Shown here: positions 22,630 to 32,450 of the stretch, one piece after another | Layout of the letters: each line of letters opens with the position of its first letter | Position numbering within the stretch: the first letter of the stretch is position 1 | From: an uncultured bacterium | GTDB taxonomy: Bacteria > Planctomycetota > UBA1135 > GCA-002686595 | Direction of reading: 5' to 3' | Length of the DNA stretch: 64,000 nt | Assembly (NCBI GenBank): GCA_943787795.1 | Contig: CALSNU010000005.1 | Coordinates: 64,001-128,000, forward strand | Made by a program: the position numbers and the translations under genes | The notes under the pieces: generated by a model | Databases searched by the model: none | Told to the model about the DNA's origin: nothing | What the model saw: only the letters and a program-made list of their open reading frames with translations

Positions 22630-22980
22630 ATGGCCAACGAGCAAGCACAGACCAGTGAGCGCGAGATCGAAGAGGACGTCGTCAACGTCGGCTTCATCGC
22701 GTGGCTCGGCGGGGTCGCCACGATCCTCATCGCCGTCTCGGTGATCCTCCTCACCGCCGTCTATTACGTCACCCTCGACCAGCGCGAAGCCCGACTCCAG
22801 GAGGAGGCGGACGCCCGCGTCACGGACCTCGAGGCCCAGCAGACCATCGACGCCATGGTCGTCGACGGCTTCTTCAAGCACCCCGACATCGATGATGGCC
22901 AGGGCAATGTGACGCGCGGCACTGTGAGCATCCCTGTCTCGGAGGGGATGAAAAAAGTCATCGAGGACGCGAATCGCTGA
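22630..22980 (+). CDS. Small single-TM protein, possibly ActG-like
   Basis: One TM helix and C-terminal VSIPVSEGMKKV; sits right after actF. Assignment is from context only. Confidence 0.55.
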   Translation: MANEQAQTSEREIEEDVVNVGFIAWLGGVATILIAVSVILLTAVYYVTLDQREARLQEEADARVTDLEAQQTIDAMVVDGFFKHPDIDDGQGNVTRGTVSIPVSEGMKKVIEDANR

Positions 22981-23024
22981 AGTCCTCGGTGCTCCGGCAT
23001 CGAAGCCTGACGGGTACCAACTAC

Positions 23025-23963
23025 ATGTTCCCCATGAACCTCCAACAGATGGGCGCGCTGCGCCCCCTGACGCTGCTCGCCGCCACCGCGGCGCTCGGCG
23101 TGGTGGCCATGGGGCAGGATGTCTCAGGCGAGGGGCTTGCCAAGCCCCTTGGCGCGGTGACCGCCGATGACCTCCTGGACGGCGTCGGGATCGAGCAGCA
23201 CCTCGAGGCGATGCTCCCTCTGGACACGTCCTTCCTGGGCGCGGGCGGCGACGAGGTCGCCCTCGGCGACTACTTCGACGGCGAGCGGCCCACGATCCTG
23301 ACCCTCAACTACGTCGACTGCCCGCAGCTCTGCAGCATGCAGCTGTCGAAGTTGACGGAGGCGATGGCGGCCATCGATCTGAATCTGGGCGAGGACTACC
23401 GAGTCCTCACCGTGAGCATCGATCCCCGCGACACGCCCGAGAAGGCGGCGGGGTCGGAGGAGCGGTACCTCAGCGACTACGTCTTCGTCTCCGACAAGCT
23501 GGACATCACGCGCCCCGACCCGGCCGGCGGGTGGTCCTACCTGGTGGGGGACAAGCTCGAGATCGACCGGGTCGCCACGGCGGCGGGCTTCAGCTATCGC
23601 TGGGTCGAGTCCCAGGGCGAGTACGCCCACCAGGCCGCGACGATCCTCTGCTCGCCGAGCGGACAGATCACGCGCTACCTCGACGGCACGTTCGTGCCGC
23701 CCGAGACCCTCCGCACGGCGCTCCTCGAGGCCGGCGAAGGGAAGATCGGAACGCTGTTCGAGAACGCGTTCCTCAACTGTCTCATCTTTGATTCGACCAC
23801 GGGTCAATACACGACCGACGCGATCATGCTTCTCAAGATCGCGGCTGCACTGACGGCAATGTCCGTCGCGGGCGGTGTCTTCTTCCTTCGGCGCGGCGAA
23901 GCGCAGCAGGGGCCTCAAGAGGCCCCCGCGGCCGGCGCGTTGGGCGGAGACCCGAGCAACTGA
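23025..23963 (+). CDS. SCO/SenC-family copper chaperone
   Basis: CxxxC (YVDCPQLC), distal His (EYAHQA), VLTVSIDPRDTP, C-terminal TM. Start codon uncertain. Confidence 0.88.
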   Translation: MFPMNLQQMGALRPLTLLAATAALGVVAMGQDVSGEGLAKPLGAVTADDLLDGVGIEQHLEAMLPLDTSFLGAGGDEVALGDYFDGERPTILTLNYVDCPQLCSMQLSKLTEAMAAIDLNLGEDYRVLTVSIDPRDTPEKAAGSEERYLSDYVFVSDKLDITRPDPAGGWSYLVGDKLEIDRVATAAGFSYRWVESQGEYAHQAATILCSPSGQITRYLDGTFVPPETLRTALLEAGEGKIGTLFENAFLNCLIFDSTTGQYTTDAIMLLKIAAALTAMSVAGGVFFLRRGEAQQGPQEAPAAGALGGDPSN

Positions 23964-23973
23964 AACCAGGACC

Positions 23974-25416
23974 ATGAAGCTTCAAGCCTTCCTACTCACC
24001 ACCCTCCTCGGACTCGCGGGCGCCAGCGCTGGCCTCGCCCAGGACGACGCGGCTCCGGCGGCACCCACGGCGGAGGAATCCGCCGCTGCAGATTCTGCCG
24101 CCGCGGCCGAGGACGCCGCGCCCGCCGCTTCGGCGACGATTCGCGTGGTCGCTGACCTCGACGTGGACGCCGTGATCGCGGCCTTCAACGAGGGGAGCGA
24201 CGCGCCGCGAACGTTCACCGACGAGGAGCGCTCCTGGATCGCCGCCGGTGTGGCCCCGGGGGACATCGACAAGGCCCACAAGGGCTACGTCGCCATCCCG
24301 TCCACCGACCCGAACGTGGTGATCATCAATCGGAACGGCAAGGAGCTCCGGGTGACCTCGAACGCCAAGCCCAATCGGCCCCCGGTGATCACCCCCGACA
24401 GCGTCCACATGATGCCGTTCGCGCCCGAGGTGGATAACGGCACCTTCTGGATGGCGGAGGCCGCGTCCGAGACCGCGAAGGACGTGGACCGGATGTTCAA
24501 CTTCATCATGTGGATCAACTACATCTTCGCCGCGATCATCGGCGGGCTGATGGTGGTCTTCTGCGTCAAGTATCGGCGTCGCCCGGGCGTGCGAGCGGAC
24601 CAGTCGATCACCCACCACACACCCCTCGAGATCACCTGGAGCATCATCCCCACGATCCTGTGTGCGGTCATGTTCTGGGGCGGCTACGTGACCTTCCTCG
24701 ACCTCCGTACGCCGCCGCCCGACAGCATGAAGGTGAACGTGACGGCGTACCGGTGGGGCTGGAACTTCCAGTATCCCAGCGGCGTGGAGAGCCCCCAGGA
24801 GTTCCACGTGCCGGCCAACACGCCGATCGAGCTGGTGATGACCTCCACGGATACGCTCCACTCGTTCCACCTGCCGGCCTACCGGTCCAAGTCTGACGTG
24901 CTGCCGAACCGGTACACGAAGATCTGGTTCAACTCCGGTGAGCCGGGCACCTACCGCGTGTACTGCACCGAGTACTGCGGCAAGGATCACAGCAACATGT
25001 ACGCCAAGCTCGTCGTCGAGCCACGCGAGGACTACGAGGCCTGGCTGACCAAGGCGGGCAACTGGATGGTCGACGAGAACGGGGAGATGAAGCCGCTCCT
25101 CGAGATCGGCGAGCTGACCTACAACCGGCGGGGCTGCAAGTCCTGTCACTCCATCGACGGCACCAAGGGCACCGGCCCGACCTTCGCGGGTCTCTGGGGG
25201 CTAGAGCGCCAATTCGATGATGGCACGTCCGCGGTGGCGGACGAGCAGTACATCAATCAGTCGATCCGTGACCCCTACAGCCAGGTGGTCGTGGACGCGA
25301 ACGGAGTCAGCTACGGCAAGCAGATGACCATCTACAGCCCGATGCTCCCGGTGGAGCAGATCAACGGGATGATCGAGTTCATCAAGTCCCTTGAAGGGGT
25401 GGCCCGCAAGGACTGA
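23974..25416 (+). CDS. coxB: Cytochrome c oxidase subunit II with fused C-terminal cytochrome c (caa3 type)
   Basis: LEITWSIIP, CuA ligands HSF and CTEYCGKDHSNM, C-terminal CKSCH. Extra N-terminal region of about 150 aa. Confidence 0.93.
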   Translation: MKLQAFLLTTLLGLAGASAGLAQDDAAPAAPTAEESAAADSAAAAEDAAPAASATIRVVADLDVDAVIAAFNEGSDAPRTFTDEERSWIAAGVAPGDIDKAHKGYVAIPSTDPNVVIINRNGKELRVTSNAKPNRPPVITPDSVHMMPFAPEVDNGTFWMAEAASETAKDVDRMFNFIMWINYIFAAIIGGLMVVFCVKYRRRPGVRADQSITHHTPLEITWSIIPTILCAVMFWGGYVTFLDLRTPPPDSMKVNVTAYRWGWNFQYPSGVESPQEFHVPANTPIELVMTSTDTLHSFHLPAYRSKSDVLPNRYTKIWFNSGEPGTYRVYCTEYCGKDHSNMYAKLVVEPREDYEAWLTKAGNWMVDENGEMKPLLEIGELTYNRRGCKSCHSIDGTKGTGPTFAGLWGLERQFDDGTSAVADEQYINQSIRDPYSQVVVDANGVSYGKQMTIYSPMLPVEQINGMIEFIKSLEGVARKD

Positions 25417-25600
25417 CCCCAGAGACCGAGACAGCGCCGCGGGGCGGGGGGCTCAACCCTCTTTCCCGCGGGACAGCGCGGACGCCAGGCGCGCGGGACC
25501 TGCCCGGCAAGACTCCCCGATCGGGGAAGACCACGCGACGAACCAACCAAGAACCACCCAGCTCACTGGCATCCTCCGGTGACTGGAGCAAGACACTCCG

Positions 25601-27292
<1,692 letters not shown>

Positions 27293-27430
27293 TCCTTTCA
27301 CAGCCCGAGGGCCGGCAGCTCGCCGGCTCTCGGACTCCTTCCAACCCTTCCCCGCCCCGGTCCCCGGGGCTCCCCCTCGAACCGCGGTCCCGCTGATCCC
27401 CTTCAGCAACCGCTGGAACGACGCTCACCA

Positions 27431-28342
27431 ATGTCTGACGCTCACGGACACGGCGACAAGCCCTTCCTCGCCCACCACTTCGAGGACGAAGACCACCAGT
27501 TCGACTCCGGCAAGCTGGGGATCTGGGCCTTCCTGGTGACCGAGATCCTGTTCTTCAGCGGTCTCTTCTGCGCCTACGTCATCTATCGCGCGATGCACCC
27601 GGAGGTCTTCACCTTCGCGTCCAACGCGCTGGATACGCAGATGGGCGCCATCAACACCGGGGTGCTCATCTTCTCCAGCCTCACGGCCGCCTGGGCCGTG
27701 CGGAACGCCCAGCTCGGTCAGAAGACCGGGCTGATCGTGAACCTCTCGATCACGATCCTGTGCGCGTTCGGGTTCATGGGGATCAAGTACCTCGAGTACT
27801 CCCACAAGTTCCACCTGGGCCTGTTCCCCGGGGACAAGTACGAGGCCAAGGAGGGCGCCTACGGCGACGAGAGCAAGGGCAACGCGAACACCGTGGCCTT
27901 CACCTCCCCTGACCAGGAGGAGAGCTCCGAGGAGTCCCTGCCCGGCGTGGCCTACTCGCTGGGTGACACCCAGGAGGCCGAACTCGCCGAGGCGGCGGAG
28001 GCCCTGGAGGACCACTCCGGCGAGGCGCACGCGGACGGAGACCACGCAGATGGGGACCACGCCGATGGGCACGCGCCCCTCGCGCCGTGGAATGACCCCA
28101 ACGTGCCCGAGAGCACCAAGCGGAAGCTGAAGATCTTCTTCGGCATCTACTTCTGCATGACGGGCCTGCACGGCATCCACGTGCTCATCGGGATCCTCGT
28201 CCTGGGCTGGCTCCTGACCCGCGCGATCCGCGGGCACTTCACGCCGACCTACTACGGGCCGATCGACTTCGCGGCCCTGTACTGGCACCTGGTCGACCTG
28301 ATCTGGATCTACCTGTTCCCGCTGCTCTACCTGATCAACTGA
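27431..28342 (+). CDS. coxC: Cytochrome c oxidase subunit III with acidic/His-rich insertion
   Basis: GIWAFLVTEILFFSGLF, NTGVLIFSS, YFCMTGLHGIHV, YWHLVDLIWIYLFPLLY. Confidence 0.93.
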   Translation: MSDAHGHGDKPFLAHHFEDEDHQFDSGKLGIWAFLVTEILFFSGLFCAYVIYRAMHPEVFTFASNALDTQMGAINTGVLIFSSLTAAWAVRNAQLGQKTGLIVNLSITILCAFGFMGIKYLEYSHKFHLGLFPGDKYEAKEGAYGDESKGNANTVAFTSPDQEESSEESLPGVAYSLGDTQEAELAEAAEALEDHSGEAHADGDHADGDHADGHAPLAPWNDPNVPESTKRKLKIFFGIYFCMTGLHGIHVLIGILVLGWLLTRAIRGHFTPTYYGPIDFAALYWHLVDLIWIYLFPLLYLIN

Positions 28343-28398
28343 GCCCGCGCGGCTGACCTCCTCTTCACCAGCGACGCCCCGCAAGCCACAAGACTCCC

Positions 28399-28779
28399 AT
28401 GACTGCTGCAGCCTCCACGGAACACGACCACGCCGAGGGTCATGATCACGGCGACCACCACGTCCTCCCGCTCTGGCTCCTGATCGGGACCTGGTTGGCC
28501 CTGATGGGCCTGACCGTCTTCACCGTCACGGCCTCAACCTTCCCGCTCGGTGCCTTCGACCTCCCGGTCGCCATGGCCATCGCGACGGTCAAGGCGACCC
28601 TGGTGATGCTGATCTTCATGCACCTGGGGTTCGACAAGGGCTTCCACTCGCTCCTGATCTACGGGTCGTTCCTGTTCGTCTTCCTGTTCATCAGCTTCGT
28701 CTGGATCGACCGCGGTCAGTACCAGGTCGACATCAACGAGAAGGAGCAGCAGGAGATCGCCATCGACCTGGGGCAGTGA
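28399..28779 (+). CDS. Cytochrome c oxidase subunit IV (caa3 CtaF-like)
   Basis: Three TM segments, IATVKATLVMLIFMHL motif, His-rich N-terminus. Confidence 0.85.
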   Translation: MTAAASTEHDHAEGHDHGDHHVLPLWLLIGTWLALMGLTVFTVTASTFPLGAFDLPVAMAIATVKATLVMLIFMHLGFDKGFHSLLIYGSFLFVFLFISFVWIDRGQYQVDINEKEQQEIAIDLGQ

Positions 28780-28829
28780 CCTCGGTCAGGCGGGCTCCGT
28801 CCCGTGACGGTCCGCCACGGGACTCCGAC

Positions 28830-28870
28830 GCGGCCCCGCTGCCTTCCCCCGGGGGAGGGGGCGGGGCCGC
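28830..28870 (+). terminator. GC-rich hairpin after subunit IV
   Basis: GCGGCCCCGC...CCTTCCCCCGGGGGAGGGG...GCGGGGCCGC imperfect inverted repeat. Confidence 0.4.
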
Positions 28871-29025
28871 CTCCATTGACCTTCGTCCGCGGCTGGCCCA
28901 GCGTCCTGGCGCCGGTCGGTATCCGCCTGGGACGGCCCCGCAGCCGCGCCGTGCGGTAATCGGCCTCAGGGCGGCATCAGGGGTCTATCCGCGCGCGAAG
29001 ATGGTCTAGATTCCTCCCACGACCC

Positions 29026-29706
29026 ATGAGCTATTCCACCCCAGGCCCCTTACGTCAAATCGATCGCTTTGCCCGCCTTGAGGTGTCCGGCGACCTGCCC
29101 GAGGGTGGATACGCCGGCGCCGGAGCGCGCGGCGTGGCGCCCGCCGAGGTGCCTGCGTCCGAGTCCGAGGTGCTGGGCTTCGGGATGAAGCTGTTCCTGG
29201 CCTCCCTGACCATGATCTTTGGCGCGACCTTCGCTGCCTACGGGATCATCTGGTGGCGATCCCGGGACGAGTGGCAGGGCGCAGTCGACAGCGGCGAGGT
29301 GATGCGGCTCGCTGCCGCCACGGTGCTGCTCGTCGTCGCTGACATCGCGGCGGCGCGCGCCTACCGCAAGGAGGACGACCGGACAGCCGCGTTCAAGCTC
29401 ACCCGGCTGACGCTCATCACGGCCTCGATCTACCTCGTCGTCCAGAGCTTCAGCTGGATCCCCCTGATCGCCCAGGGGGACCCCGACGGGGACGGGACGC
29501 TGCGCATGGAGGGGTTCCTCTTTCTCATGCTCACGATCGCTCACGCCGCTCACGTGCTCGGAGGCGTGGTGGCGAACGGGATCGTGCTCTCACGCTCCAC
29601 GGGAGGGCGCGGCCCCCTCGCCGGCTCGCTCCAGATGCTCTACCAGTACTGGCGCTTCCTCACGGTCATGTGGGTCGCCGTCCTCGCGCTCCTCTTCGGT
29701 ATGTAG
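29026..29706 (+). CDS. Divergent heme-copper oxidase subunit III-like membrane protein
   Basis: FGMKLFLASLTMIFGATFAAY, MLTIAHAAHVLGG and YWRFLTVMW mirror subunit III motifs. Confidence 0.7.
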   Translation: MSYSTPGPLRQIDRFARLEVSGDLPEGGYAGAGARGVAPAEVPASESEVLGFGMKLFLASLTMIFGATFAAYGIIWWRSRDEWQGAVDSGEVMRLAAATVLLVVADIAAARAYRKEDDRTAAFKLTRLTLITASIYLVVQSFSWIPLIAQGDPDGDGTLRMEGFLFLMLTIAHAAHVLGGVVANGIVLSRSTGGRGPLAGSLQMLYQYWRFLTVMWVAVLALLFGM

Positions 29707-29995
29707 CGAGCCGGCGAGGGGGCCCCTCGGGCCGCCCGGCTGACTCTCGGACCTGGCCCTGCTCGCGGGGGACTCTCCCGCCGGCCCACGCGAGGCTCGC
29801 CCGCCGGCTTGGGGCCGTCCTCCGGGCGCCCGGCGAGAGTCCTCCCCGGCCCGTCCCACCGTTGAGCCCCGCGGTCCCCGGAGGCGCGCCGTGGTTCGCC
29901 ATCCAGGGGCCCGCCCTGGTCGGTGGCGTCCACCGCTGCCCTGTCCCGGCCTTCGGGCTTCCCAGGTCTTAGGCCCCAACTCTCGGCCCAAGGTC

Positions 29996-30176
29996 GCGGC
30001 AGTGGCCCGGCGGCAGTGGCCCGGCGGCAGTGACCCGGCGGCAGCGACCCGGCGGCTGTGGCCCAGCGGCAGTGGCCCAGAGGTGGGAGCCCAGAGGTGG
30101 GGCTTAGGGGTCGGGACTCAGAGGTTGGGACTCAGAGGTGGGGACTCAGAGGTGGGGACTCAGAGGTCGGGGCCCG
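29996..30176. repeat. 14-bp tandem array of about 13 units whose unit changes from GCGGCAGTGGCCCG to GAGGTGGGGACTCA
   Basis: Six A-type units at 29996-30079, then about seven B-type units in nearly the same register. Confidence 0.85.
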
Positions 30177-30322
30177 TGAGGGGGCGGCCTCTTGGGGGCT
30201 GCCGCGGCTCGCGATCCGTCCCGTCTTGGCGGTCCGAGCGGCGCCTTGCGGGTCTCCCCGCCGTGGGTCCTCGGCGCCGGCAAGGGCCAATACCGCGCCT
30301 GAGGGGCGGATATGCTGCGGCC

Positions 30323-30529
30323 ATGGAGATGGTCGCCTTTCTCGCCGGGCTGTTGGTGTTCGGCCTGGTCAAGCTCGTCCTCATCGCGACGGTGACCCGC
30401 AACGACGGCGCTGAGGGCATGCGGCGGACCTGGCGTGGCAGCGAGCTGCGAGTGCAGGGGCTGGAGACCAAGGTCGAGCGCCCTGAGGCACAGCTCCAGG
30501 CCTCGGAGAGAGATCGAAGCGCCCCCTGA
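30323..30529 (+). CDS. Possible small membrane protein (TM plus coiled coil) or gene remnant
   Basis: MEMVAFLAGLLVFGLVKLVLIATVTR...ELRVQGLETKVERPEAQLQ. Confidence 0.3.
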   Translation: MEMVAFLAGLLVFGLVKLVLIATVTRNDGAEGMRRTWRGSELRVQGLETKVERPEAQLQASERDRSAP

Positions 30530-31480
30530 GCTGCCGTTGCAGTGCCCGGGGCCATGACGCTGCTCCCGCTCTCCATCGCAGCCGGCCCCTCCGAGGTGTG
30601 GTTCCTGCTTCCCGGCAGGGCTCTCGGTCTTCGGCGCGGCCGTGCTCGTCCTCGCCGTGTTCAGGAGGGCTCCAGGCGGTGGCGATGGAAGGCGCGTGAC
30701 CCCGCCAGGCGGCGCCCTGCGGATGTGGGAGCCGGGACCAGGGCCCCGGAGCAGGGCCCGGGAGCCTGGACCCGTCCTGAGGCTTCGGAGGACGGCCAGG
30801 GCGGCGCCTGAGGGTGTGGCAGCCGGACCGCGACGAGGCCGAAGAGTGGTGCCGGCGACAGAGCGATGCGCCGGCCTCCAGGGACGCCCCGCTCCATGTG
30901 GGCCCGGTCCCCCGGTCCCTGCCCCGCTGCTCAGGTGGTCGCGGCGACCCGAGTTGGACCGACCTGCGCTCTGGACCACCCTGCTCCGCGGACACCACCG
31001 CCGCAGTGGGGGCAGAGGAGCCGCCCTTAGAGTGCCGGCGTCCGACCGGGGAGGGGGTCCGCGGCTCCTCTCCAATAGGCGCCCTTGATCTGCTCGAGGC
31101 GACTTCAGTCCCAGAGGGCGCCCACTGGGCCTTCCGCGAAGACCCGCCGGACCAGAGGGGCGGTGCGTTGACTCCGCCGCGCCGGGAGGTGCCCCGGTAC
31201 GAGAGGCTCGACCGCAGCCCCTTCGTCGAAGTGGCTAGCGGGGGGCTCTGGCCTCTCGGTGCGGTCGCGCTCCTCCTCGGGGAGGGCTGCCGCGTCATCG
31301 CCAATACGTCCCGGTCTCGACCCCGCCGATCGCGTCTCGGAGCCTGAATGGCTGCAGTGGCCCGTGGACGTCCGCTCGCATGTCGCCCTGCCCCCTGTAG
31401 TCCCGCTGCTGGAAGAGACTCCCGATGCGATCTCTGCGGCAGCGGCGCAGGTGGAGCCGCGTGATCTGTGGCCGGACGGT

Positions 31481-32203
31481 CTAGAACTCCTCGAGGGGGA
31501 CCTGGAAGCGCTCCCGGAGGATCGTCGCGAGCTCGCGGAAGTCGTTCACGATGAACTCCGGGTTCGCGGCCTCGACGTCCTGCCCCTCGCGTGCGGCGCG
31601 GCGGATCCAGGCCGTGTGCATGCCGATGCTCACCGGCGGGACGATGTCATGGGCGAGGTTGTCCCCGACGTAGAGGACCTCGCCGGGGAGGAGGCCCATC
31701 TCACGCAGGGCGTGCTGATACAGCTTCACGTTCGGCTTGCTGATGCCGACCTGGTCCGAGATGAAGATGTTTCGCGGGCCGAGCAGCGGAACGAGCCCGA
31801 GGCGAATGAGCTTCTCCGACTGCTTGGTCGTCCACCCGTGGGTGATGATGCCCGTGCGGATCTTCGCCCTCGAGAGCGCCTTGAGGAAGGGCTCGACGTC
31901 GTCGAACGCACAGAGGCCTTTGAACTTGGTGTCGTGGTAGGCCGCCATCCCGGCCGCCACGATCAGCGCCGGGTTCACGTCGCGCTTCTGGTGGGGGGGG
32001 AGCCGCTGGATCAGCTTGTTGTAGTGCTGACTGTAGTTCGAGCCGAACTCTCGCACGACCTCCTGCAGTTCCGCCGCGATCTCCTCGTGGCTCGCATCGA
32101 GCCCCGTTTCGATCATGGCGTCGACCGCGCGGGCGCGTGCGTTCTTCGCGAACTCCGTGGTGGAGAAGAGGGTGTCGTCAATGTCGAAGAGGACGGCCTT
32201 CAT
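31481..32203 (-). CDS. HAD-superfamily hydrolase, subfamily IA (TIGR02253-like)
   Basis: Motif I FDIDDTL, motif II GIITHG, ISDQVGISKP, YVGDNLAHDI. Cap domain FGSNY...AAGMAAYHDTKF. Confidence 0.88.
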   Translation of the reverse strand: MKAVLFDIDDTLFSTTEFAKNARARAVDAMIETGLDASHEEIAAELQEVVREFGSNYSQHYNKLIQRLPPHQKRDVNPALIVAAGMAAYHDTKFKGLCAFDDVEPFLKALSRAKIRTGIITHGWTTKQSEKLIRLGLVPLLGPRNIFISDQVGISKPNVKLYQHALREMGLLPGEVLYVGDNLAHDIVPPVSIGMHTAWIRRAAREGQDVEAANPEFIVNDFRELATILRERFQVPLEEF

Positions 32204-32450
32204 GTCGTGATGGGGGGGGCGGAGGGGCGGGCGCTTCTATTGTGCACGGGGTCCGTGCATCTGATCCATCGGAACCGCCGCGGCGGCACACGCACCGATT
32301 CCGAGGAACCGCTGGTGGACCCTGCTGGCGGGCCTTGCCGGGCCTCCCTGGGCCTCAAGAAGCTTCACCAATAAGAGAGCCCGGCGACCTAGAAGGTTCG
32401 CCGGGCTCTCCGGTTCGTTCCAGGAGCGGGCCACGTGGGCCCGCAACCGA

